A DNA stretch of 64,000 nucleotides, taken from assembly GCA_045537905.1 (NCBI GenBank), contig JAZSQJ010000015.1, positions 3,574 through 67,573 of the forward strand, in the 5' to 3' direction. This stretch comes from Eubacteriales bacterium (GTDB taxonomy: Bacteria > Bacillota > Clostridia > Oscillospirales > CAG-382). The stretch's first letter is position 1; every line of letters begins with the position of its first letter. Positions 53,296 through 61,208 of this stretch are shown piece after piece. A program made the position numbers and the translations under genes. The notes under the pieces are model-generated. The model saw only the letters and a program-made list of their open reading frames with translations. It did not search any database and was not told where the DNA came from.

Positions 53296-55227
53296 ATGAA
53301 AAAGTGTTTTACCAAATCCTTTTCGTTGGTCTTGGCGGCATTGTTGCTTATCCCTATGTTTGTAATCCAGGCTGGGGCGGCAATCACCTTTGAGCGTAAG
53401 CTTGGTGTGCCCGTTGACTATCAGTTTAACTATACAACCGTAAGATGGGGAACGGACAGGTCTACCAAGTCCTCCGGCTGCGGTGCGGCAAGTGCATCTA
53501 TGGTTGTTGAATATTTTACAAACAATACCAGCCAAAACCCCGACACACTCTTTACCTGGTGCTGTAAAAACGGCTACTACTACGGTAGCGGTCTGGATTT
53601 CTCTACGGTAGGCGTGCTTTGTAAAAACTACGGTGTTACAATGACCTACGCCAGCGGTCAGACTCAGGTTATCAACGCTCTTAAGGCAGGTAACCCCGTT
53701 ATTGCTCTTATGGGTCCCGGCACCTTCACCAGCGGCGGTCACTACATAGTACTTTCCGGTATCAAGATTGAGAACGGCACTACTTATATCAGAGTAAATG
53801 ACCCCAACAGCTCTTCCAGAACAAACAGCTACTACACCATAAGCCTTATTGCAAGCCAGCTTAAAAATTGGGCAATCTGTACCTACAGTACAGCGGCAAA
53901 GGGTGCGGTTAGCGACTTTTACGTAGAGCCCGGTAAGTTCAGTCAGGTTTACTGCAGTGACGGCGGTCTTAACCTCCGTTCCCAGGCTTCCTCCTCCAGC
54001 ACCCTCCTTGTTACCATTCCCAACTACACCTATCTGCAGATACAAAGCGTTTCCGGCAGTTGGGCATATACCACCTATAACGGTATGAGCGGCTACGTTT
54101 ATACCAGCTATCTCCACGACGGCGGTGATCCTAAGATTACTGCTCCCACCCTTAACGCTCCCTCTACCCTGGCATACGGTGCGTCTGCTACCGTTTCCTG
54201 GGCGGCTGTTCCCGATGCTACAAGCTACAGCTATACTGCTCAGGCTTACCCCGGCGAAATCAGTGCAGGCAACGCCAAAACAATAGCTTCCGGCTCCGGT
54301 ACTGCCACCAGCTTCAGCATCCCTGCTCAGACAAGCGGCAAGTACGTTAAGGTTAGCGTTACCGCAACGGGTGCTACCAACTCCGCCACCTCCACGTCTG
54401 AGATTATGCTTGGCAGTGTTTCCGCATATCCCGACAGCGTTCAGTATATCCCCGTTGTGGATATCAACGGCGGCGTTAACGTAAGCAGCGCCACGGTATG
54501 GACGGCAGACAAGGGCTCTGCATTCTCTGCAGTATACTGGGATGCCTTCCTCTGCTCTCCCAATACCGACGGTACTTATACCGTTAAGGAGGCACACAGA
54601 AGCGGCAGTACCAAATCCATTACCGTAAGCGGTACGAATATACTGTTTGCTATACATATGAGCTATACTAACTACGAATATGCAAACGCAATAGCAGTAG
54701 GCGATAAGCTCAGCCTCAACGGCGTATATCTTGATAAAAAAACCGTTAATGCAAAGGCACATATCCTTGTAAACGGCGGCATACCTCTTGCTCCTGCTGA
54801 TATAACTCCTGCCGTTCCTTCCGTTAAAAAGGTTAACGGTAACGCATACCGCGGCTTTGCCGAAAACACCACTATTGCCGACGCAAAGAGCAAGTTTGCA
54901 GAAAACGGCAAGTATCTTGAGATAAGAAACGCAAAGGGCGAGCTTGTTGGTGACAGCGATATCCTTTGCACAGGCTATACGGTAAACATCGTTGTAAACG
55001 GTAACGCATCCGTTTCCTACGATATAGTTGTAGCAGGGGATATCAACGGCGACGGTGTTATCAGCACCAGCGACTACACCTCCGTTAAGCAGGTGCTTAA
55101 ATCTGCCGCTACCGTAAAGGGCGCTTACAGCCACGCTACCGATATTGATGCAGACGGCTCTGTTTCCTCTAACGATTACATCGTGCTTAAAAGCCATATT
55201 AACGGCACGGGTAAGATAAACGGCTAA
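53296..55227 (+). CDS. secreted protein: papain-like Peptidase_C39_2-type domain + SH3-like + Ig/Fn-like + C-terminal dockerin
   Basis: GGAGG lies 6 nt upstream of the ATG at 53296, and there is a signal peptide. The Cys context is TKSSGCGAASASMVVEYF and the His context is GGHYIVLSG. SH3-like segment LNLRSQASSSSTLLVTIPNYTYLQIQSVSGSWAYTTYNGMSGYVYTSYL. Dockerin AGDINGDGVISTSDYTSV...TDIDADGSVSSNDYIVL. Confidence 0.75.
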   Translation: MKKCFTKSFSLVLAALLLIPMFVIQAGAAITFERKLGVPVDYQFNYTTVRWGTDRSTKSSGCGAASASMVVEYFTNNTSQNPDTLFTWCCKNGYYYGSGLDFSTVGVLCKNYGVTMTYASGQTQVINALKAGNPVIALMGPGTFTSGGHYIVLSGIKIENGTTYIRVNDPNSSSRTNSYYTISLIASQLKNWAICTYSTAAKGAVSDFYVEPGKFSQVYCSDGGLNLRSQASSSSTLLVTIPNYTYLQIQSVSGSWAYTTYNGMSGYVYTSYLHDGGDPKITAPTLNAPSTLAYGASATVSWAAVPDATSYSYTAQAYPGEISAGNAKTIASGSGTATSFSIPAQTSGKYVKVSVTATGATNSATSTSEIMLGSVSAYPDSVQYIPVVDINGGVNVSSATVWTADKGSAFSAVYWDAFLCSPNTDGTYTVKEAHRSGSTKSITVSGTNILFAIHMSYTNYEYANAIAVGDKLSLNGVYLDKKTVNAKAHILVNGGIPLAPADITPAVPSVKKVNGNAYRGFAENTTIADAKSKFAENGKYLEIRNAKGELVGDSDILCTGYTVNIVVNGNASVSYDIVVAGDINGDGVISTSDYTSVKQVLKSAATVKGAYSHATDIDADGSVSSNDYIVLKSHINGTGKING

Positions 55228-55243
55228 TTAAAATCTAAAATAG

Positions 55244-55276
55244 AAATGCCTCTCGCGTAATGCGAGAGGCATTTTT
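55244..55276. terminator. bidirectional intrinsic terminator
   Basis: AAATGCCTCTCGC / gtaat / GCGAGAGGCATTT followed by TT. It lies between convergent genes. Confidence 0.7.
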
Positions 55277-55283
55277 GCTGTAG

Positions 55284-55817
55284 TTACGCTTCTTTTTTAC
55301 CGTATTTTACAATGGCATACAGGTCTGCTATCAATTCAAAGCTGTAGGACAGGGCAACAAATATCATATCACCAAGCAATAACAGGTAAGCTATAGCCAA
55401 AATGTGGGGAATGATAATAGTGTATCTTACGGTCTTTATGTTTCTTATCCTGAAAATAAAGGCGTACATAACCTGCGAAACAAGCTGAAGCAGGTCAAGG
55501 GGCTTAGCGGTTTTAAGTATAACCAGGTTTACCAGCAGGTAAGCGCATACCGTCAAAAAGCCAAAAAGATAGGAGTAGGCAATATGGGCTTCCTTGTCCT
55601 TCCTTTCGTAGGCGAAAAAGGTAAGAGTACGGGTCAAGCCGACCGTAAGAGTAATCATCGCAAAATATTCTTCGCCAAAAAGGTAGGAAAAAAACATACA
55701 CACCAGCCCTAAGGTTTGAAAAAGCAGGTATTTGGTTTTACTTTTGAACAGATAGCTAAGCACCATCAAGACAAGGGTTGCCGCCCCTGCCATCTGGGAT
55801 AGGGTATAGTTATACAT
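55284..55817 (-). CDS. small polytopic membrane protein (YgjV-like, low confidence)
   Basis: About six hydrophobic helices in 177 aa. It starts 11 nt after the stop of the upstream dockerin gene, so it is probably co-transcribed. Confidence 0.55.
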   Translation of the reverse strand: MYNYTLSQMAGAATLVLMVLSYLFKSKTKYLLFQTLGLVCMFFSYLFGEEYFAMITLTVGLTRTLTFFAYERKDKEAHIAYSYLFGFLTVCAYLLVNLVILKTAKPLDLLQLVSQVMYAFIFRIRNIKTVRYTIIIPHILAIAYLLLLGDMIFVALSYSFELIADLYAIVKYGKKEA

Positions 55818-55828
55818 ACAATCCTACG

Positions 55829-56854
55829 CTACTCAATAACAAAGGTACCAAAGTAGGCAGGCTGATGGAAGTTAGGTGTATTACCCCCAACCTCGGTCCA
55901 CATACCGTAGTGTCTTACTCCGGTAACGGCGTCACTGCCTATCTTGTAGAAGTTGCCTGTAAAGGTGTAGCCGGATACAAAGGTATCAAAGCTAAGGTCG
56001 GTCCCGTAAAGCCTCTGTAGCTTTGCTATAGGCAGGTCCATAGTCAAAGTCCAGCGGTCGTCCTCAACCACAGGGTTCATCTCAAAAATCTCACTCATAG
56101 CCATATAATCGGTTATAGGCTTTCTGTTCTTTTGGGTCTTGCCAAACTGACAGCACATTGCACCCAAGGAGTTAGACTCAACGTTAATATAGCTTTCATT
56201 ATCAAAAGCGGCAAAAAACTCCATACAGCTGTCAAGATATACAGGGTCGCCAAATTGGGTGTAGTTTGCAAGAGGCTCAGTCTCCATACAGGTCATACGG
56301 CAAATAAAGCCGTAGTCCTTTACATAAACAAGCTGAGCATAGGCGTCATACTCCACGCTGTTAACCCACTTGTAAATATCAATTTCTGCTTTCTCTACGG
56401 CGTCCCAAAGAACGGCACTCTTATCGTCATAGCATTTAATTACGTAAGCACCCTCGGGATATTCAGGGGCGTAGCTTGTATCCTCCACAGTGCTGTCCGT
56501 AACACTGCTGTCAACGCTCTCTACGCTTTCCGCTGAGGATACGTCGGCGGATACTTCAACGGGGAAGCTATCGATAATCCCCGCATCGTAACGTAAAATC
56601 ATCCCTGCGTCAAGGTTGTTGGTAGCCATGTCGCCGTTTACGTTGGCTGCGGTGTGCTGTTCTGCAGTAAGCTCGATAAGCGCTGCATCATATTTAAGCA
56701 CCAACACAGAATCGAGGTTGTTGGCTATGCCGTCGCTATTTACGTCGCCGTAAGCAAAGCCTTCTCTGCTATCACAGTTGGCAAGGATAGCAAGGGGCAA
56801 AATACATGCCAGCAAAACAAGGGTGGCAGTTACTAAAGTCAGCTTTCTTTTCAT
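55829..56854 (-). CDS. secreted protein with N-terminal dockerin and C-terminal CBM9/DOMON-like sugar-binding domain
   Basis: The ATG at 56854 lies 6 nt after GAGGA. After the signal peptide the dockerin repeats come first: GDVNSDGIANNLDSVLVLKYDAA and ANVNGDMATNNLDAGMILRYDAG. The C-terminal end ...NFHQPAYFGTFVIE resembles CBM family 9-like domains. Confidence 0.65.
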   Translation of the reverse strand: MKRKLTLVTATLVLLACILPLAILANCDSREGFAYGDVNSDGIANNLDSVLVLKYDAALIELTAEQHTAANVNGDMATNNLDAGMILRYDAGIIDSFPVEVSADVSSAESVESVDSSVTDSTVEDTSYAPEYPEGAYVIKCYDDKSAVLWDAVEKAEIDIYKWVNSVEYDAYAQLVYVKDYGFICRMTCMETEPLANYTQFGDPVYLDSCMEFFAAFDNESYINVESNSLGAMCCQFGKTQKNRKPITDYMAMSEIFEMNPVVEDDRWTLTMDLPIAKLQRLYGTDLSFDTFVSGYTFTGNFYKIGSDAVTGVRHYGMWTEVGGNTPNFHQPAYFGTFVIE

Positions 56855-57056
56855 AATATTCCTCACAATTTACATATTAACAGCATTATAACACAATAAA
56901 ACAAGGTTTTCAATAACAAGAAAAATATAAATTGTGCGGGTTCTACAATAAGGATGGAGTCTTTATGTTCACAATTAATATTGTAATATGATCCTTGAAG
57001 TATTATAATATGAATAAGTAATTAAAAGGCATTGTTTTCAAATTCAGGAGGAGGTT

Positions 57057-58103
57057 ATGAAGCTTTTAAGAATAGCATTGTTTCTTGTTTTGGTTTTAGC
57101 CTTGCTTGGCTCCTGCAGTAAGGAAGATGCTCTCGGTAAGTACGGCGAAAGCTACGTCTTTAATTATCATTACGCTATGACGCCAAACAGTATGTTTTTT
57201 GTAAATAACAGCGGTGTAGTACGGGTATCTAAAAACGATTTTTCAAAAATTGAACAAATAGCAGAAAGGTCAGCTCTTGGTTCGGAAAACCCAATAGACC
57301 GAAATGCTGAAATCGTAGGTATAAGCTCTAAGTGGCTGTTTGTAAATTCCCTTGGCAATGTTTACAAGCTCTCCCACAACGGCGAGACTGTAGAAAAAAT
57401 ACTCGAGTCAGTAGAATCTGCTTGCTTCCACAATGGAAACGGACTTGTTTATTTTACAAAAAACAACGATGACGGTGTGCTTAGCGTATATTCCTTTGAT
57501 TTAGAAAAGAACAAAACCGTTTTTGTTCAAGCCTCACCTTCTAGTTCGGACCATTGGTACCAGATGCCAGACGGTGCAATAGCACTTCAAGCTGAAACAG
57601 ACATAGCTATTTATCCTGACGGCAGGGTAGAGGAGAGAGAGGTATCTTATCAGGACAGAGCTGTAGATATGGGCAGAGACCCTGCTTTGGATAAGAAAAT
57701 ACGGGGATTTATGGAAGAGTTTCATACTCTTTTAAGCTATGCGGAGCTTGGCGACTATATCTATTACCTGGATGTTCATCCCTTAACCAAGGTTACAAGC
57801 CTTGTCCGTACCAATAAGAACGGAACAGACAGCCTTGTTCTTGACGAGGATACGGAGCTTGTGTCCATCTTTTCGTACAATAATACCCTTTACGGTGATA
57901 TAGATGAATACGACGCTGCCCGTCTGGTTACTGTTGACGAAAAGGGCGTTACAAGTAAAACTGCGGCTATTACAACAGGTGCCGGGCAGTGGGGGCACGT
58001 AGAGATAGTTGATGGATTTTTTGTCAAAACTTATGATTCTATAAACGTTCCGTTCCTTAGGTATATATACAATCCTGCAACAGACGAGGTATTGGTTCCG
58101 TAA
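57057..58103 (+). CDS. lipoprotein, beta-propeller-like (DUF5050-like, low confidence)
   Basis: AGGAGGAGG RBS and lipobox LLGSC. It has repeated beta-strand-rich segments. Confidence 0.6.
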   Translation: MKLLRIALFLVLVLALLGSCSKEDALGKYGESYVFNYHYAMTPNSMFFVNNSGVVRVSKNDFSKIEQIAERSALGSENPIDRNAEIVGISSKWLFVNSLGNVYKLSHNGETVEKILESVESACFHNGNGLVYFTKNNDDGVLSVYSFDLEKNKTVFVQASPSSSDHWYQMPDGAIALQAETDIAIYPDGRVEEREVSYQDRAVDMGRDPALDKKIRGFMEEFHTLLSYAELGDYIYYLDVHPLTKVTSLVRTNKNGTDSLVLDEDTELVSIFSYNNTLYGDIDEYDAARLVTVDEKGVTSKTAAITTGAGQWGHVEIVDGFFVKTYDSINVPFLRYIYNPATDEVLVP

Positions 58104-58316
58104 TTCACGTTAAAAACCCACCCCGGGCATTTTACATGCCGAGGTGGGTTATATTGTTATATGAAAAAGGTGACAAAATGCTTATGCGGGTAATAAGGCG
58201 ATAATAACGTATTTTGAAGTCAGATTAACTCTACTAACAAGAATTCAGCAACATTTGGCTTTGACGTATAATACCCTATATTCGAAGAAAAATGGGCTAT
58301 CTCAAAAGAGATGGCC

Positions 58317-59354
58317 CTATGTTTTTACACTCTTGGAAAACTCTACAAGCTGCTTACGAGAAGCAACCCCCAGCTTGCCGTAGATGTTTTTGTTATGGAA
58401 TTTAAGTGTGTTTTCCGTAATCCCCAACATACTCATTACGTCCTTGGTGGATTTTCCCTCCAGATAAGCGTCATATATAAGCCTTTCCGTTTTTGTCAGG
58501 GAAGCCAGACCGTTTTTGTATAGCTGTAAAAGCTCTTTATCCACGATAATAGGAGCCGTTTTGCTTTTATTTTCCTCGCCCAGCTCAGAAATTTGTTCCT
58601 TAAGCCTGTTTTGCTCGGCAATAAGTATATTAAGTCCAAGCAAAAACAGCTCACTTATTATGTACGATACGGAAAGCAGCTCAAAGCCTATGTTAACAAG
58701 CTGTTCAATAAACCACAGACCTATATTAATAAAAACTGCCATTACAAGAATAAAGGTGTGAACCTTGTTCTCCAGCGTCTTTTTGCGTAGTGCGTAAATA
58801 ATAGTGTAAACCATTGCAGAAAAATATCCTACAAGATACACAAGATAAACGCCGTGCAAGGGACCGTAAACCTTTTTAAGCACCGAAAACCCGTCAAGGC
58901 TTACAAGATAAACCTCTTTATAGTAAATATCTAAGTAACCGGGACTGGCGGCAATCAAAAACACCACGCCGCCAATACCTAAAAGAAGCATAACCACAAG
59001 CCGCTTGCATTTAATTTTCATAGCGTCAAGCATTATCATAAGCATTGAAAGGGGTAAAAATACCGAGCCCAGATAGGAAAGCCTGTTAGCCATAAGGGCA
59101 TTCCCCAGCGTGTCCGAAACGGAAAGCCATAAATACCCAAGGTTTACTACAAAAACCGAGGATAACAATACCGTATACCAAAAATCCTTTTTCCTTGATA
59201 AAAAGGTATAGCAGGCAAGCACGCCAAAAGCAATTAAAGCGGTAACAGCGTAAACCATCGAAAGGTTAGCGGTTTTGTTGTCAAATATCTCGTTGTTAAA
59301 AAGCACAAAAGTAAGCATAGCCGTAGGTATGCAAAACCAAAGCAGCTTTTTCAT
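58317..59354 (-). CDS. membrane-embedded LuxR-family transcriptional regulator (7-8 TM sensor domain + C-terminal HTH)
   Basis: GGAGGG RBS. About 250 aa of TM helices precede the LuxR-type HTH LTKTERLIYDAYLEGKSTKDVMSMLGITENTLKFHNKNIYGKLGV. Confidence 0.8.
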   Translation of the reverse strand: MKKLLWFCIPTAMLTFVLFNNEIFDNKTANLSMVYAVTALIAFGVLACYTFLSRKKDFWYTVLLSSVFVVNLGYLWLSVSDTLGNALMANRLSYLGSVFLPLSMLMIMLDAMKIKCKRLVVMLLLGIGGVVFLIAASPGYLDIYYKEVYLVSLDGFSVLKKVYGPLHGVYLVYLVGYFSAMVYTIIYALRKKTLENKVHTFILVMAVFINIGLWFIEQLVNIGFELLSVSYIISELFLLGLNILIAEQNRLKEQISELGEENKSKTAPIIVDKELLQLYKNGLASLTKTERLIYDAYLEGKSTKDVMSMLGITENTLKFHNKNIYGKLGVASRKQLVEFSKSVKT

Positions 59355-59391
59355 AAACGCCCTCCTTTTCGATGATTACTGACGATTATAT

Positions 59392-59420
59392 ACTATATCA
59401 TATTTTCATCAATTAGTCAA
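59392..59420 (-). promoter_or_regulatory. putative sigma-A promoter of the 7TM-LuxR gene
   Basis: On the minus strand: TTGACT (59415-59420), 17-nt spacer, TATAGT (59392-59397). Confidence 0.5.
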
Positions 59421-59440
59421 GAATAAAAGGAAGACGTATA

Positions 59441-59472
59441 AAGGTGTTGGCAGAAATTACAGCCAACGCCTT
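59441..59472. repeat. terminator hairpin, one copy of a 32-nt direct duplication flanking element copy B
   Basis: AAGGTGTTGGCagaaattacaGCCAACGCCTT is identical to 59697-59728 except for one base (T at 59445 versus C at 59701). Confidence 0.9.
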
Positions 59473-59696
59473 CAGACCGCTGACAAAGGCACAGGGCACG
59501 AAAAAGAATAAAATATACTCATTCTAAAGTAGAAAATTCAGGGAAAATTTCCCTGAATTTTCTACATTTTATTAGTTTTTTCGTTCAAAACGAACCTCGG
59601 CTTACAGTACTTAGTACAGTTATCGCCTCGGTTCGTCTTGCCTGCACTCTTTCTCAGCACTCTGCCAGCTTGATGACAAGGTTTGTCATCAAGCTG
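59473..59696 (-). mobile_element. ~222-nt non-coding structured repeat (MITE-like), copy B, inverted relative to copy A
   Basis: Its reverse complement aligns end to end with 46923-47144, with roughly 8-10 mismatches by eye. It has the same three hairpins and the same termini, with one extra C and G at the junctions. Confidence 0.75.
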
Positions 59697-59728
59697 AAGG
59701 CGTTGGCAGAAATTACAGCCAACGCCTT
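59697..59728. repeat. terminator hairpin, second copy of the 32-nt duplication
   Basis: AAGGCGTTGGCagaaattacaGCCAACGCCTT has an 11-bp stem. It lies 6 nt after the stop of the CDS at 59734-60234 (minus strand). Confidence 0.9.
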
Positions 59729-59733
59729 ACATT

Positions 59734-60234
59734 TTAGTTGTCTTGTTTTTTGAAAAGTGCCATCAGGTCACAAACAGCCTCATAGCTGATAAAGCTGTCC
59801 TGGTTGTGATTTGCGCTTATACATTCACCGTTTTTGTATTCTACGTAAAGGTAAGCGCCGTACATATCGGGCAGTCCGCTGACACACACGTTTATTCCGT
59901 TGTGCTTTGCAAAACCGTAGACGGTTACAAGCTCCTGCAGCTTATCCATAAAGCCGGCAGACGCTGTAAAGCAATGCTGTTCCTTGCGGCATTTATAGCC
60001 AGCCTCTACCTTGTCTTCCGCAAGTCTTGCTGTAAAGGTAAATACATCCCGAAAAACATCCTCGTCCGCCAAATCAAGGGTAGAAGCAGTGCATTCAAAC
60101 GCAATTATCTCGGTACAGCTGATTGCCTTGGCAGCGCTATGATTGCTGCGGTCAATCGTTCCGCCGTCAACGATTTCTTCCTCAGGCACTTGGCCTTTCC
60201 TGCCCAAAATGCTATTCAATAGTTTTTCCATCAT
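59734..60234 (-). CDS. hypothetical cytoplasmic protein
   Basis: ORF of 166 aa with an AAGGGA RBS, no signal peptide and no recognisable family. It lies downstream of a lipoprotein gene on the same strand. Confidence 0.55.
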   Translation of the reverse strand: MMEKLLNSILGRKGQVPEEEIVDGGTIDRSNHSAAKAISCTEIIAFECTASTLDLADEDVFRDVFTFTARLAEDKVEAGYKCRKEQHCFTASAGFMDKLQELVTVYGFAKHNGINVCVSGLPDMYGAYLYVEYKNGECISANHNQDSFISYEAVCDLMALFKKQDN

Positions 60235-60258
60235 CCAATCCCTTGGTAGATAACAGCC

Positions 60259-60879
60259 TTATTCTGCAGAGCCGTCCTCGGATGCAGAGCTATCCTCGAA
60301 AGAAGCGGTACCGCCAACGCCTTCCTTGATGGTAAGGCTGGCAATTATACGCTTAACCTCTTCGTCCTCAAGGTCAATAGCGTCGTCGCCTGTGCCGCAG
60401 GAAATAACAGCCTGATACTGGTCGTCACCTTCGTCGATGAAAAGGATAATCAAAGGAGCACCAAGGCTTTCGCAGGAGAAGCCTGCCCAGGTACGGCCGC
60501 CAAGCTCAAAGGGAGCTATATCCACAACCTTATCGTAAAAGCTCTTATCGGGAGCCATAAGGTAAATGCTCTCATCCTGATAGTCAAGCTTGATGTAAGG
60601 CTTTGTGAAAATATCAGTGCCGCCTTTGCATATGGTAACGGAACGCTTGCTTAAGGTAGAGGGGTCGTCAGCGTGAATGTCGGTGTTGTTAAAGGCTTCC
60701 CAGCCCTCGGGTACGGCAACGGTCATATCGCCAACGTCATAAATTACGTCAACGGGCTTGCTTCCCTCGCCGCTGTTGCCGCCGTTGTCACCGCTGTCGG
60801 TAACGTCGGTGTCAGAAGCACAAGCGGCAAACGCACCAAGACAAATAAACATACATAAAAGCATTGCGATAAATCTCAT
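60259..60879 (-). CDS. hypothetical lipoprotein
   Basis: GGAGG lies 7 nt upstream. The signal peptide has the lipobox FAAC. The mature part is acidic. Confidence 0.65.
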   Translation of the reverse strand: MRFIAMLLCMFICLGAFAACASDTDVTDSGDNGGNSGEGSKPVDVIYDVGDMTVAVPEGWEAFNNTDIHADDPSTLSKRSVTICKGGTDIFTKPYIKLDYQDESIYLMAPDKSFYDKVVDIAPFELGGRTWAGFSCESLGAPLIILFIDEGDDQYQAVISCGTGDDAIDLEDEEVKRIIASLTIKEGVGGTASFEDSSASEDGSAE

Positions 60880-61039
60880 AAAAATACCTCCAAAAATTTA
60901 ATGTTCTAAAAAACTTAAAAGGGGTGTCTGTCCTCAGACAGACAGCGGATGGTTGATGCGGTTTTTATTGTAAGTACCTCAAATTAATTATATTATAATC
61001 CGTTAAAGGGCAAAAGTACACACACTTTTGTAAAAAACG

Positions 61040-61126
61040 GTGTGGTTTTTTACTTAAAAGTGTGGTAAAAGGTGTGGGGGTGCAAAAAAAATACTGATTT
61101 CCCACACTAAAAACCAAAAAGTGTGG
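61040..61126 (+). promoter_or_regulatory. cluster of GTGTGG motifs upstream of the dockerin gene at 61209
   Basis: GTGTGG occurs at 61040, 61060, 61072 and 61121, with an inverted CCACAC at 61102. Two copies extend to AAAAGTGTGGT and are spaced about 60 nt apart. Confidence 0.5.
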
Positions 61127-61208
61127 TGACTTTTACCTTTAATTATGCTATGTTTATTTTGTAATATTATAATTATCGGTTTTTTACAAATTACGGAGGT
61201 AAAAGCTT

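Noticed and set aside
53080-55197. 705-aa ORF on the minus strand
   Set aside because: It is antisense to the C39-like/SH3/dockerin gene and to the end of the MATE gene. Its composition is Gly/Ala/Val/Cys-rich nonsense with no RBS or domain.
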